From the NCBI GenBank assembly GCA_015680685.1, contig MNCI01002657.1, positions 366,427 through 430,426 of the forward strand: DNA of 64,000 nt, in the 5' to 3' direction. The position numbers were made by a program, and so were the translations under genes. Below are positions 53,975 to 64,000 of this stretch, in pieces. Every line of letters starts with the position of its first letter. Position 1 is the stretch's first letter. The notes beneath the pieces were generated by a model, which was not told the DNA's origin, ran no database searches, and saw only the letters and a list, made by a program, of their open reading frames with translations. Origin of the DNA: Gnetum montanum (Eukaryota > Plantae > Gnetophyta).

Positions 53975-55110
53975 GTTATGATGAATCATCATTTTTCTTT
54001 GGCTGTGACATTGGGTATGCAATGTCAGGGCTTTGGTTTGATGTTGGACATCCAACATCAGGGTATATACCCCAAGTCTATAAATACCATTCCTGTGCTT
54101 TCATTTTGAGTTAGTTTTCAGTTTTAGTTTTTGGTCATTCTTTGTCATAGTAGTGAAGCTCTTGTAGTTTATTTTCCTTAGAGTTAGAATATTTTTTGAG
54201 TGCCCATAGAAGGAATCTAAAGTGTGTATGGTTCTTTGTTTAAGCACTAATGTACTTGAGCACAACAGTGTAACGGGAATAGAACAAACTCTTTTAACAA
54301 TCCTTACAGTATTGAGAATAGCTTAATATTTTCTCTAATGCTTTTTACTTTCTTGTTATTTACTTTAATGCATTTGATTAAGAAATTTATTTCTAGCAAT
54401 TAATGAACATGAGCATGACCACTTCGAGTATTCATATAGTACTTGGTAACCCATAAATGCTTAATGTTTGGTAGCTCAGCAATGTTGTATGTGTTTAGGA
54501 TGTGTTCAGGAAAGTGGGATAGTTACTTGTGTTAGGCTAGCTAGGCAATAGACATTAGTTTTCAATCTAATCTATCTTTATTCTTGTTTTAGATGATTAC
54601 ATCCATAAAATATAAGACAAAAAAAATTCATATACTTTAACTAAACTTAAACCATACCCTTGATCCTCACAAGTGTAGTTGGAAAGACAATGAATGTTCT
54701 CAATGTTGTTTCACTTCCTAGAGGAGCTAGTGCATGAGATAACTATAGGTCCATGGAATTTGATCAGATTGCATGTAATGCCTTAGTGATTTATATGCTT
54801 GAGTGTAGGGTAACCTCACCGCTCATCCAGCTAGATCTAGCTAGCAAGTAGTAAGGGTCTATGACCCTAAAGATACTATAGTAGGTGAGTGTAGGTAATC
54901 ACTTAGGCTTAGGAGGTGAAGCCCAAAATTTTTGGTGATAAGTGAAGATCATGAATAATTAATTTATGCTAAAATTTAGGCTATCATGCTCATTCCAAGA
55001 ATGAAAGTAGAGCCAAAACAAGATTATGAACTCATCCATCATGATGAGAAGAAATACATACCTTCACCATATGATAAAACACCCTTGAACAAAACCCACA
55101 TGTGCACCCT
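53975..55110 (+). repeat. Athila-like LTR sequence in permuted order (3' part, then 5' part)
   Basis: 53975-54828 matches 8225-9032; 54830-55110 matches 7858-8138. Confidence 0.85.
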
Positions 55111-55119
55111 CAACATCTA

Positions 55120-56258
55120 GGATTTTTGTGTCAACTACTACTAGGCTTAACTTTTAATTAAAAGGCTAATTGAAGTACACTATGTTACCATTAAAGGCAT
55201 TAGAACTCCTTGACCAACTATTAAAGAGTGGAAGAATATAGTATAAACAAATGATAGAAAATTCCCACAAGAGACATAAGAGACTATGTGATATAGCCAA
55301 GGATCCCACTCATGTAACCAAGGATGATCCTTCGATGCCTAGATACTTCAAACTCAATTATTTCTATCACTGTCATAAGCTATTAGGTCATGATACTAAC
55401 TTTTGCCTTATGTTAAAACATGACTTGTAGAAGATGATAGATAAGGGTGAAATGGTGTTGATAGCTCTAACTTGGTTTGACTATAGAATCAACTAATGCA
55501 CATCTATAAGGATCGACTAAATGTCAGTAATAGTCCATATACCATGATGGTGTTCAATGTCAATAATGATTTGACACTTGTGTGGGAAATGTTTATGATT
55601 CAAGTACCTTCTTTCAATGAAAAGGATCCTTCAACTTCCACTAGTTCAAGCACCCACTTTGTTGTAAGGATATCATCACCAATGCCCCCAAAGAGCCTTT
55701 TGTAACCAGAGTGTCCCCTTCCATTTCAACTGAGTCCACCCTTACAACTAAACAATGACCTCCTGTGATAGCCAATGTGATGACTTCTTCTCAACAAACC
55801 AATGAAAATAAAAAGTTCCTAACTTACCAACATAAGAAGCTTGCATAAAAGCCTAAACATAAATACAATAAGAAAGTCAAGCCATGGAAGGAAGTGGACC
55901 CATTGAAACCCACTTCCATCTCACCCATCCCCATAAACTCTACGACCCAGGTTGCTTCAACCAGTAAATCATGGGAGGACCCCAAGCCCAAAGGGAAGAG
56001 AAAAGAGGATAAGACACATAAACTAAAACATGAAGTCTGCATTTTTGGATGCATGGAGGAAGTTAAGAACAATAAGAGTGAAAAGCCCATGAGCAACAAC
56101 AAAGACTTCCTCAATGTGATGTAATAGATCAAATAGTTGCTAAGATGTTGTAATGAATTACATAACACATTGTGAGGCACTAGTTAATATGTTGACCTTC
56201 ATTCCCATTAGTGAGGAAATCCCCACTAGTGAGGAATCTATTCATGAAGTTATGGTAC
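55120..56258 (+). pseudogene. gag: Tat-like gag remnant (probable continuation of E0), interrupted by E4
   Basis: KYTMLPLKALELL and FKLNYFYHCHKLLGHDTNFCL are homologous to E2/E3 gag. Confidence 0.8.
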
Positions 56259-57728
56259 TGTAACGACAGAAAACGTCAGCAGCTGGAAATACCGATCAAG
56301 ATTCCGGCGTACACAGTTTTAGCCACGGATCCGCGCGAGGGCTATGCTGGAAAAACAAATCCGCGGCGCCCTGAATGGTCTTGTCCATCAGACAGGGACT
56401 TACGGGTCAGTAAAACGGTGAGAATTACGTGGAGAGAAAGTGATCTGTTTCGAAGAGTGGTAAAACGAGGGGAAAACGATGTAGTTGGATTGCAACGGCG
56501 ATAATGCTAAACACGATAAAAAGAGGTTGACATAAGAAGCTCGAAACTTCAAGATCTGCGCTTTGACTTACAAATGTATATTTCGTATGAGAAATTACAT
56601 TGGGGAATCCCCAATTACAGGATGTGAAACAAGCACAGAACAACAAGCAAAACGGTCTAAACAGAAGTCCGATCTACCTTGTGGGCTAAAGCTGAGATGC
56701 AAGGCAGGCCAAGCTTTGACGTCTACCGATCAATTGTTTCTGATTGATAGAGTCCTTTCAGCAGAAAGATTGCTCCTGTCACCGGTACTCAATTTGAACT
56801 GTACTCTGCTTCGGCTGTAAGATGATGATGTCCACGATTGCCAAAGCGCTGTTCTCTGTATCTCTGCTCCAAAGTGCTAAGTGCTCTGGTGCTCAGAAAT
56901 ATGCTATTTGCTTCTCTGATTTGCCAACCCGAATTTTTGCCAACCAACCCCTGTATCTTTGTCAACTGGGGTATTTATAGGCCGCGACACTTCGCGGAGA
57001 AGGCGCAACCCTGATGATGTGGGTTCCGGATATTACGGGCCCTGCTGGCATGATCTTTTAAGTCAGACTGTGACTACGCACAACACGCTTGTTTGTGTGT
57101 TGTGCGTGTGAAGAGTAGGCATATGCTGAGCGTACTTTAGGCTGCATTCAGGCAGTATTACGCTCATTCGCGTTGCGTTGCGTGTATGAGCGTAATCTGG
57201 AGTAAAAGCCATAAGCTCAAAATTGTTTTACGCTCACTACGCGACTGTGCGTAACAAAGCGTGGATAGTGTGCAACTTACGCTCGCTACGCAACTGTGCG
57301 TAATGAATGCGTAAATAATGCGTGGTTTACGCTCGCTACGCAGCTGCGCGTGATGAAGCGTAAACAATGTATAAGTTACGCTCACTACGCAGCTGTGCGT
57401 AGTGAAGCGTAAACAATGTATAAGTTACGCTCACTACCTAGCTGCGCGTAATGAAGCGTATAAGCAATGTACAACTTGATAACATACGCCATGGTACGCA
57501 CCGCCGCGTAACGAGCGTAAAGACAAGTTATCCATGTACTGCAAGGAAAAGTGCCAACCTGTTGTGCTTCTCTAAACTCTACCTACAACTGTCTTGAAGC
57601 TTATTATGCTCATTAAGCTGCCATGCGTAATAGAGCGTAAACCCATCCTTTGAACCAATCTGATGCACGTTTTTGCTGGAATTGCGAATCTTTGCCTGAG
57701 GCCGACTCGTAATTTTCACGGTGTTTCA
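56259..57728 (-). repeat. 3' LTR of E4 (1470 bp)
   Basis: TGTAAC...TTTCA with termini resembling the E2 LTR; TATA box on the minus strand at ~56972-56980; left flank GGTAC is the expected TSD. Confidence 0.9.
57150..57525. repeat. U3 tandem repeats of the E4 LTR (TTACGCTCRCTACGCAGCTG)
   Basis: At least five ~50 bp units. Confidence 0.85.
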
Positions 57729-57745
57729 ATGGCCCCTCTTTGTTG
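57729..57745 (-). promoter_or_regulatory. Polypurine tract of E4
   Basis: Minus strand CAACAAAGAGGGGCCAT abutting TGAAACA. Confidence 0.8.
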
Positions 57746-58774
57746 ACGGTTAGAGGGGGTGCCCGAAGGACGTCGACAAAGAATGCGAAACACCGGATTG
57801 GTAGAAGCAAGAACAGCGTTCATCCATGGCTACTCAAGCATTGCTCTATCCACGTGAACGAGATTGGCGGGTATAGGAGATAAAGGGATATAACTGGAAA
57901 CAGGTTCGGGAAAATGCGAAATATACGTTCATTCAGGTCAACAGGAATGCTTTTAGATGAGCATAGCGCATCAATATGAGATGTCTCTATTACAGATTGT
58001 AGCAGGAATGCGTGCAAAAGGAGCGTTACGTATCACTTTCTGCGATATCTCTGCTAGCGTGAGTGTGGAAAATGAATACTTGCGTATGTAGATGTTGCGT
58101 ATGGGAATTGGGTGGTGGGGAGGAAGGAAACAAGAGATAAGGGTAAGACTGTGCAAGGCTAAGTGGTCGGGCAAACCTGAGCAGCCATTTCAACACGTTG
58201 TTGTACTCTGCCGCTCAGATGGAATGCACCTTTGGACGGCATCCTCCAAGGCAGGTAACCTGCAACCACGAAAGAAAACAAAGGACACCATCGCTGATGA
58301 ATCGAAGGCGAGATTTTCTTGAAACCAACGCTATCTGATGTTAGATAAATGAGCTGTAAAGAAGGAGCCGGGGCGCGTGGGCGGAGCTGCCAATCCTGAT
58401 GATTCGGTGCTGCATATCTTCGCCAAAAAGGCACCAGACACAGTGCAGCTAACTGGCTGCATCAGGAATCGGCCAAATGAATCTGTGAAGCCAGCGTCCG
58501 ATAGCGATGATTGGCGGAGATTCCCGGGGTTGTTGCCATTGAGGATTTCGTCGGGGCTCCGACTGACGAGGCTAAACTCCCAGAGGTACCACCACTGTGG
58601 CGAGTGCAGTGGCGACATCTCCGAGGGATCAGTAAGATGCCTCTTTGCTTATCCGAGGAATCAATAGGATGCCGGTGAGGTGGCGACACTGGGACCATCT
58701 CAGTATCCCACCCCGTCTATTGTGCAACTATACAAGAGTGATCACGCTCGCTTGAACATGATGGCAATCTGGAC

Positions 58775-59240
58775 ATCTCAGTTTTAAGTCTTCGAAGACT
58801 ACCGTTACTGGTTTTAAGTCTCAGCAGACCATGGTCCCAGTTTAAAGTCCGGGCAGACCGAGAAGCGCTAGTTTTACGTCGTAGCGGACGGTGGTAAGGC
58901 TGGTTTATGGTCTCAGCAGACCGTGCTGTGGATGTCAGTTTTATGTCATAACCCAGGGACAAGGCTATGCTAGTTTTACGTCCTAGCAGACGGCTACATA
59001 CCTGTGCCAGTTTAGCGTCATGGCGGACGCGTGCAAAAGATGCTAGTTTTTCGTCTTGGCGGACCTGTACAACAGTGTCAGTTTTACATCGTAGCGGACG
59101 GTTACCATTTACCAGTTTAGCGTCGTGGCGGACGCGTGAAAGGCATGCCAGTTTTACGTCGTAGCGGACGGTCAGTGCCAGTTTTACATCGTAGTGGACG
59201 TGCAACGCCAGTTTTACGTCGTAGCGGACGATTACTGCCA
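58775..59240 (-). repeat. 3'-UTR tandem repeats of E4 (30-45 bp, CCAGTTTTACGTCGTAGCGGACG on +)
   Basis: About 13 units starting ~30 bp after the integrase stop. Confidence 0.9.
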
Positions 59241-59267
59241 TACCTGCTGTCAACACCGTAGATGCCG

Positions 59268-62200
59268 CTAGATGAAATATCGCTTTAAGTATACGTGATT
59301 TACAGGGTTTGCTAATTCGTTGCTGTTGGCGTCTGCTAATCTGAACGCTCCGTTGCCATACGCGTCGACCACCAAGAAAGGGCCTTCCCAGTTTGCAGAG
59401 AACTTGCCTACTAGTTCATGCACAGCCTTGAGAACAAGATCTCCTTTCTTGATCGGGCGCTGTTGAAGGTTGTGGCAATGTTTCTGGCGCTGTTTGTCCT
59501 GATATTTCTCAATCGCAGCAAGAGCTTGTATTCGCTTCTCTTCTACTGAATCCAAATCCATTATCCGAGCCTCTGTGTGTTGAGCCTCATTTATAATGGT
59601 GGAGAGGACCATTCTCAGAGAAGGAATTTGCAATTCAATAGGTAGCACTGCTTTAGATCCGTAAACCAGACCATAGGGCGTACTACCCGTAGCCGTCCTA
59701 CACGTTGTACGATATGCCCACAGCACGTAGAGGATCTGTTTGTGCCACCGCCTTTTGTTGCCGTCGAGCATTTTCTTGAGCAGATTGATGACTATTTTGT
59801 TTGATGCTTCAGCTTGACCATTCGCCTGCGGGTAATAGGGAGAGGAAAAAGACTGTCTAATGCCTAGGTTGTCACAGAAGGATTTGGTATCCGCGCTACT
59901 AAACTGTGGCCCATTGTCGGTCACAATAGTCATTGGGAGACCAAATCTGGTTACTATGTTGTCCAAGATAAAATGGCAAACCTGTTGGGATGTGATTTTC
60001 CGCAGGGGGACAGCTTCTACCCACTTCGTAAAGTACTCAGTAGCGGTAATAATGAAGCTATGCCCTGCAGAAGATTTTGGCGTGATGGGTCCTATGATGT
60101 CCAGTCCCCATCGCTGAAATGGCCATGTTATCTGTGTCGTATGCAATTCTGTGGGTGACACGTGGATGAGGTTTGCATGCCGTTGACACGTGTCACAGGT
60201 TTTGACCTTTGTCAGGCAGTCTCGTTCCATGTGTGGCCAGTAGTATCCTAAGCGTCGGATTTTCAGGACCATAGCCCTTGGTGCTACGTGGCCGCCACAC
60301 AGTCCCTCGTGAACTTCGCCGACTATGTGTTGCGCTTGGTCTTTGTCAACGCAGGTAAGCAACACGCCATCAAAGGAGCGTCTACAGAGAGTGCTGTCTC
60401 CGATGATGACGTATTGCCTAGCCCGCTTACGGATTGCGTCTTTCTGTGCGCGTGTTAATGTAGATGGCAGCTCACCTTGCAAAAGATAAGTTTTGATGTT
60501 ATCGTACCATTCAGGCGTGCTTTCCTCGATAAGAGAGGAGATTTGCGCCGTCTGAATGACAGGGTCTGCGCAGTCTGTAATCAATGCAGGGCAGGTGTTA
60601 AGCAGGTGTGAAGGCACGTGTAAAGCCAGGGTGGCAAGTGCGTCGGCCAGCGTGTTGTCAGTCCTCGGGACGTGTTGGGCGTCGAAGGTCGTAAATCTCC
60701 TCAGAAGATCTTTAGCCTGATCGCAGTAGGGCTGCAAATGTACAGCCTTGCAGGCGTAGACTCCAGTGATTTGATTTATGACAAGCATCGAATCACCCCT
60801 AACCGCCAGGTGTTGAACATCGAGTTCACCTGCAGTTAGTAACCCCCTGAGGAGCCCCTCGTACTCTGCCACATTGTTCGTACAAGGGAAGGTCAGTCGA
60901 TAAGCGTGTAGACGCACATCCTCAGGCGATAGCGTAAGAACAGTGGTAGCACTGCCGCCTCTGGCAGTTGAAGCTCCGTCGAAGTACAACGTTGCTTCGA
61001 GGCCTGTCGAGACAGGGCTTAGACTATGTACATATTCGTCTGGAAACTCTGGCTCTATGGTTGCGTGATTGTTAATCGGCGAAGTTGTTAACTGGTCAGC
61101 TATCGCTTGGCCCTTCGTGGATGATTGACCAATATAGTGCAGATCGAATTCCGCAGTGATAGCCTTCCAGCGAGCTATTTTGCTACTCTCGTATAAGCTA
61201 TGCGTAATGGCTCTAAGGATGTTGTTTTTACAGATGACGTTAACTTGACTACGAAAAAGATAATGCCTACATTTCTTGAGCGTAAAAACTAATGCTAAGC
61301 AATTACGCTCAACGTCGTTGTATCTCGTCTCGTACGCACATAGAGCGTGACTCAGGTAATAGATGGGCATTTCTGACCCATCATCCCTCTTTTGACAAAG
61401 CAACGCTGCTATTGCTACGTCCGAAGTGGCGAGGTAAATGAAAAAAGGCGAGTCCCTTTGTGGTGGGAAAACCGTCGGTAGATGTTGCAGTTCCTGTTTT
61501 AGGCTGTCAAACGCACGCTGGCAATCGTCAGTCCATTCAAAATTAACCCCCTTTTTCAGCAAATGTTGCATAGGGTGTAATTTGTCGGTTAACCTCGAAA
61601 TGAATCTGCGTATAAACTGTAAGCGTCCCTGTAACCCGCGTAATTGCTTGAGGTCTGTGGGAGGTCTTAACTCGACAATGGCTTTGACTTTGTCAGGGTC
61701 AACTCGTATGCCGGTTTCTGATACCACAAACCCCAGCATGCGTCCGGTTTTGACTCCGAATACGCACTTCTTTGGGTTAAGCCGGAGCTCATGTGTGGAG
61801 CATCTTTTAAGGACTAACTCCAGGTCCTCTGAATGATCGTCCGACTTCAAAGACTTCACAGCTATGTCGTCTACATAATCATTCAGCCTTCCTAGGAGGT
61901 AATCACTAAAGATGTATGTCATGGCACGTTGATACGTCGCTCCTGCGTTTTTCAGACCAAAAGGCATCATGGTGTAGCAAAACGTCCCCCAGGGTGTCAT
62001 GAACGTTGTGGTCAACTGATGTTCTGGGTTAATGCGAATCTGGTTATAGCCTGAAAAGCCATCCATGAAGGACAGAAGCGCATGCCCAGCTGTTGTATCC
62101 ACTAGCTGGTCGATACTTGGCAACGGGAAGTTATCCTTGATTGTGGCTTTGTTCAAATCCCGGAAGTCTATGCATATGCGTATGCTCCCGGTCTTCTTCG

Positions 62201-62735
62201 GCACGACCACAATGTTAGATACCCAGTCTGAATAATCGACTGCGCGGATGAAACCAGCCTGGTATAGCTTAGTGATTTCATCACGCACCGCTAGCGTGAT
62301 CTCTGGTTTGATCTTGCGTGCCTTTTGCCTAACCGCTTTAACCTGTGGGTCGAGGATAATGTTATGCTGGATTAATCTAGGATCTAACCCAGGCATATCC
62401 TCATATGACCATGCAAAGACAGTGATGTTGTCTTGCAGGACCTGTTTTATTGCGTTGTGCGTTTTCTCGTCTAGCAAAGAACTGACCTTGAGCGTTTTGG
62501 TCTCACCCCTATGCGTAACGATAGGGACCTCACTGAGGGGGTCCTCGGTTATGTCCCCAGCTTCCAGGTCTAGCGTGCGCGTTGACTGTTCTGGCCATTC
62601 TGGGGACGTCTCTGACGCAGCTATGGTTACGCTTTCTAAAGGGGGGTTATCGTCTACTAGTGCGGAGTCCAACTGTCTTGTTAAGTTCCCGTATGGGCCT
62701 GTCAAAATTAATGGTGCTGAAACTATGGCGTCCAT
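59268..62735 (-). CDS. pol: Intact pol lacking protease: RT, degenerate gypsy RNase H, archaeal-type RNase H and integrase (1155 aa from ATG 62735)
   Basis: RT: CIDFRDLN, DGFSGYNQI, MPFGLKNAG, YVDD. aRH: YFDGAS, TNNVAEYE, GDSMLV, NTLADALA. INT: HEGLCGGH..CDTC, LDIIGP, TDNG, QAEASNK, WEGPF. Confidence 0.97.
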   Translation of the reverse strand: MDAIVSAPLILTGPYGNLTRQLDSALVDDNPPLESVTIAASETSPEWPEQSTRTLDLEAGDITEDPLSEVPIVTHRGETKTLKVSSLLDEKTHNAIKQVLQDNITVFAWSYEDMPGLDPRLIQHNIILDPQVKAVRQKARKIKPEITLAVRDEITKLYQAGFIRAVDYSDWVSNIVVVPKKTGSIRICIDFRDLNKATIKDNFPLPSIDQLVDTTAGHALLSFMDGFSGYNQIRINPEHQLTTTFMTPWGTFCYTMMPFGLKNAGATYQRAMTYIFSDYLLGRLNDYVDDIAVKSLKSDDHSEDLELVLKRCSTHELRLNPKKCVFGVKTGRMLGFVVSETGIRVDPDKVKAIVELRPPTDLKQLRGLQGRLQFIRRFISRLTDKLHPMQHLLKKGVNFEWTDDCQRAFDSLKQELQHLPTVFPPQRDSPFFIYLATSDVAIAALLCQKRDDGSEMPIYYLSHALCAYETRYNDVERNCLALVFTLKKCRHYLFRSQVNVICKNNILRAITHSLYESSKIARWKAITAEFDLHYIGQSSTKGQAIADQLTTSPINNHATIEPEFPDEYVHSLSPVSTGLEATLYFDGASTARGGSATTVLTLSPEDVRLHAYRLTFPCTNNVAEYEGLLRGLLTAGELDVQHLAVRGDSMLVINQITGVYACKAVHLQPYCDQAKDLLRRFTTFDAQHVPRTDNTLADALATLALHVPSHLLNTCPALITDCADPVIQTAQISSLIEESTPEWYDNIKTYLLQGELPSTLTRAQKDAIRKRARQYVIIGDSTLCRRSFDGVLLTCVDKDQAQHIVGEVHEGLCGGHVAPRAMVLKIRRLGYYWPHMERDCLTKVKTCDTCQRHANLIHVSPTELHTTQITWPFQRWGLDIIGPITPKSSAGHSFIITATEYFTKWVEAVPLRKITSQQVCHFILDNIVTRFGLPMTIVTDNGPQFSSADTKSFCDNLGIRQSFSSPYYPQANGQAEASNKIVINLLKKMLDGNKRRWHKQILYVLWAYRTTCRTATGSTPYGLVYGSKAVLPIELQIPSLRMVLSTIINEAQHTEARIMDLDSVEEKRIQALAAIEKYQDKQRQKHCHNLQQRPIKKGDLVLKAVHELVGKFSANWEGPFLVVDAYGNGAFRLADANSNELANPVNHVYLKRYFI

Positions 62736-63175
62736 CCTCCGTCTGTCCTGCAAAACCAGCGAGTGCGTAAATGGTTAGGAGACAAGTGACGTGATGTCGC
62801 CAAACGTGGAAGGCTAATTGAATTTTGAATAATATGGACAAAGCTTGTAATCAATGTAACCTGATTACGAGGCGATAAGATGTGGTAGTTTAACGTCATT
62901 TCGGACAGTGGAGCGTGCGATATCGACCGAATTAATATTCGGATTTTCAGATTCCATTTCAGGAAAGTTCCGCTTAGATCTGATATCAAGTTAGCGATCC
63001 TCACGTATAAGTAAGTGATTTTTCGATAAGAAGTGGTTGTTGGCAATCGTGAATTTGAATTTGCAAGGAAGAGCAGAGAAAAGGAAGAGCAGAGAAGAGG
63101 AAGAGCAGAGGGCTAGGGCGTGGAACCTTGTGAAGATTTGCAAGTAGGCTGTGAAGAAGTTCTATAACTATTGCG

Positions 63176-64000
63176 ATGGCACCGAAGGTGAAGAAGAAGA
63201 ATGCAAAACTGGCTAAAATTGACGAAGTGCAGGCAAATTTGAATCGTGTCTCGCAGGCGCTGATCGATGTTTGCGACCCGACGCCTCTTAACCGGTAGGT
63301 CATTCTTCTCGTGCTTACGCTTGTTTTATATGTCTATTTTGTTTTTTCTTGAATGTGTTTTGCGTGAATGCGAATGTCAAAATTGCAGACCTCGGGTTAA
63401 TGCGAGGGTTTCGGTGAGGTTGCGTTTATCGCCGTTGTCAGGGACCAACCTTGCGTTGTTGCAAGGGTTTGGGTGGTTTCGGCTTGGTTGCGTTTTACGA
63501 GTTCTGTGTTAGCTGTGCAAATGTAGATGTAGGTGTTAATGAGTCTTGGCTTTTCTCTACAGCATCAGGCTCAAGCCCATCCTGATTGTGCTGGATATCA
63601 TTGGGGTTTTATGCTGGGTGAACCCTATCGTCCCAAATGTTCCTCCCCCTCACACAAGAGTGCAGGGGAAGGCCATTTGGTTTCGAAAGGGAGCGCTGGA
63701 ATTCCTGCAGTTTCTACTGCGCAACTTTAGCATCATTATCTGGTCCGATGTGGCCGGAGATGTTGTTGGTGCCATTTTGGAGCACCTATTTCTGGGGTCT
63801 TCGCAGGGGATTCTGGCTTACCTGACGGACGGAGCCATCGAGACAGGCCATCCCGAGGACCAAGTTCTCAGCTCCCGGGGTCTAAGGAGCTTACACTGGA
63901 TCTGGGGTATGGCCCGTTTCAACTATTATCACGCATACAACACGTTGTTCGTGGCTCGTCATGTGTCAACGTACTTCCAGAACCCACAAGGCACGGTGTA
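63176..64000 (+). CDS. Antisense spliced gene of E4, exon 1 (63176-63294) and exon 2 (63563 to window end): FCP1/NIF-like domain protein
   Basis: Removing the GTAGGT...CTACAG intron (63295-63562) gives an uninterrupted frame: MAPKVKKKNAK...TPLNR/IRLKPILIVLDIIGVLCWV...IWFRKGALEFLQFLLRNFSIIIWSD...LRSLHWIW...YHAYNTLFVARHVSTYFQNPQGTV. Confidence 0.9.

Larger units (their letters stand above)
7854..54828 (+). mobile_element. Athila-like Ty3/Gypsy element (E1), interrupted by E2 and E3
   Basis: 5' LTR, Asp PBS, gag, protease (KALLDLGSSVNL), RNase H and integrase split by E2. An AT-rich 3' region follows, with LTR homology at 53975-54828. Confidence 0.75.
56259..64000 (-). mobile_element. Young Tat/Ogre-like element E4 (3' half; continues past the window)
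   Basis: 3' LTR, PPT, 3' repeats, intact pol and intact exons 1-2 of the antisense gene. CpG-rich, with little decay. Confidence 0.95.

Noticed and set aside
58775-59240. Repeat-spacer-like array resembling CRISPR
   Set aside because: The context is a eukaryotic retrotransposon, units are degenerate with very short related spacers, and there are no cas genes.
58717-59256. 179-aa ORF with repeated VRYDVKLA
   Set aside because: It is a translation of the 3'-UTR tandem repeat, has a non-ATG start, and has no counterpart ORF in E2 or E3.
59860-62778. Plus-strand ORFs overlapping pol (e.g. 61438-61836, 62248-62778; likewise 20523-20915)
   Set aside because: Antisense shadows of the pol reading frame with no independent motif.

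Overview
This window is plant nuclear, repeat-only DNA. It is AT-rich, shows heavy CG/CHG-type C>T decay, has two N-gaps and contains no host gene. It is a nest of Ty3/Gypsy LTR retrotransposons. An old Tat-like element (tRNA-Asn PBS at 7149, gag remnant at 55.1-56.3 kb) is interrupted by an Athila-like element (LTR 7854-9032, tRNA-Asp PBS, RT core deleted). The Athila-like element is in turn interrupted by two Tat/Ogre-like elements (E2, 14303-32896, minus strand; E3, ~33940-52164, plus strand). A young third element (E4, from 56259 past the window end, minus strand) has an intact 1155-aa RT-RH-aRH-INT ORF. The main finding concerns E2, E3 and E4, which are divergent from one another. In E2 and E3, gag-protease and RT-RNaseH-aRNaseH-integrase are separated by 5.5-6.5 kb. 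That gap holds an antisense, multi-exon gene starting divergently just upstream of pol, and E4 shows the first two exons of the same gene in the same position. The gene has a conserved phase-2 first intron. It encodes an FCP1/NIF (HAD-type CTD-phosphatase)-like domain with degenerate catalytic motifs, followed by a plant-mobile-domain-like region and a charged or coiled C-terminus. All family assignments are by eye, and no database search was run.
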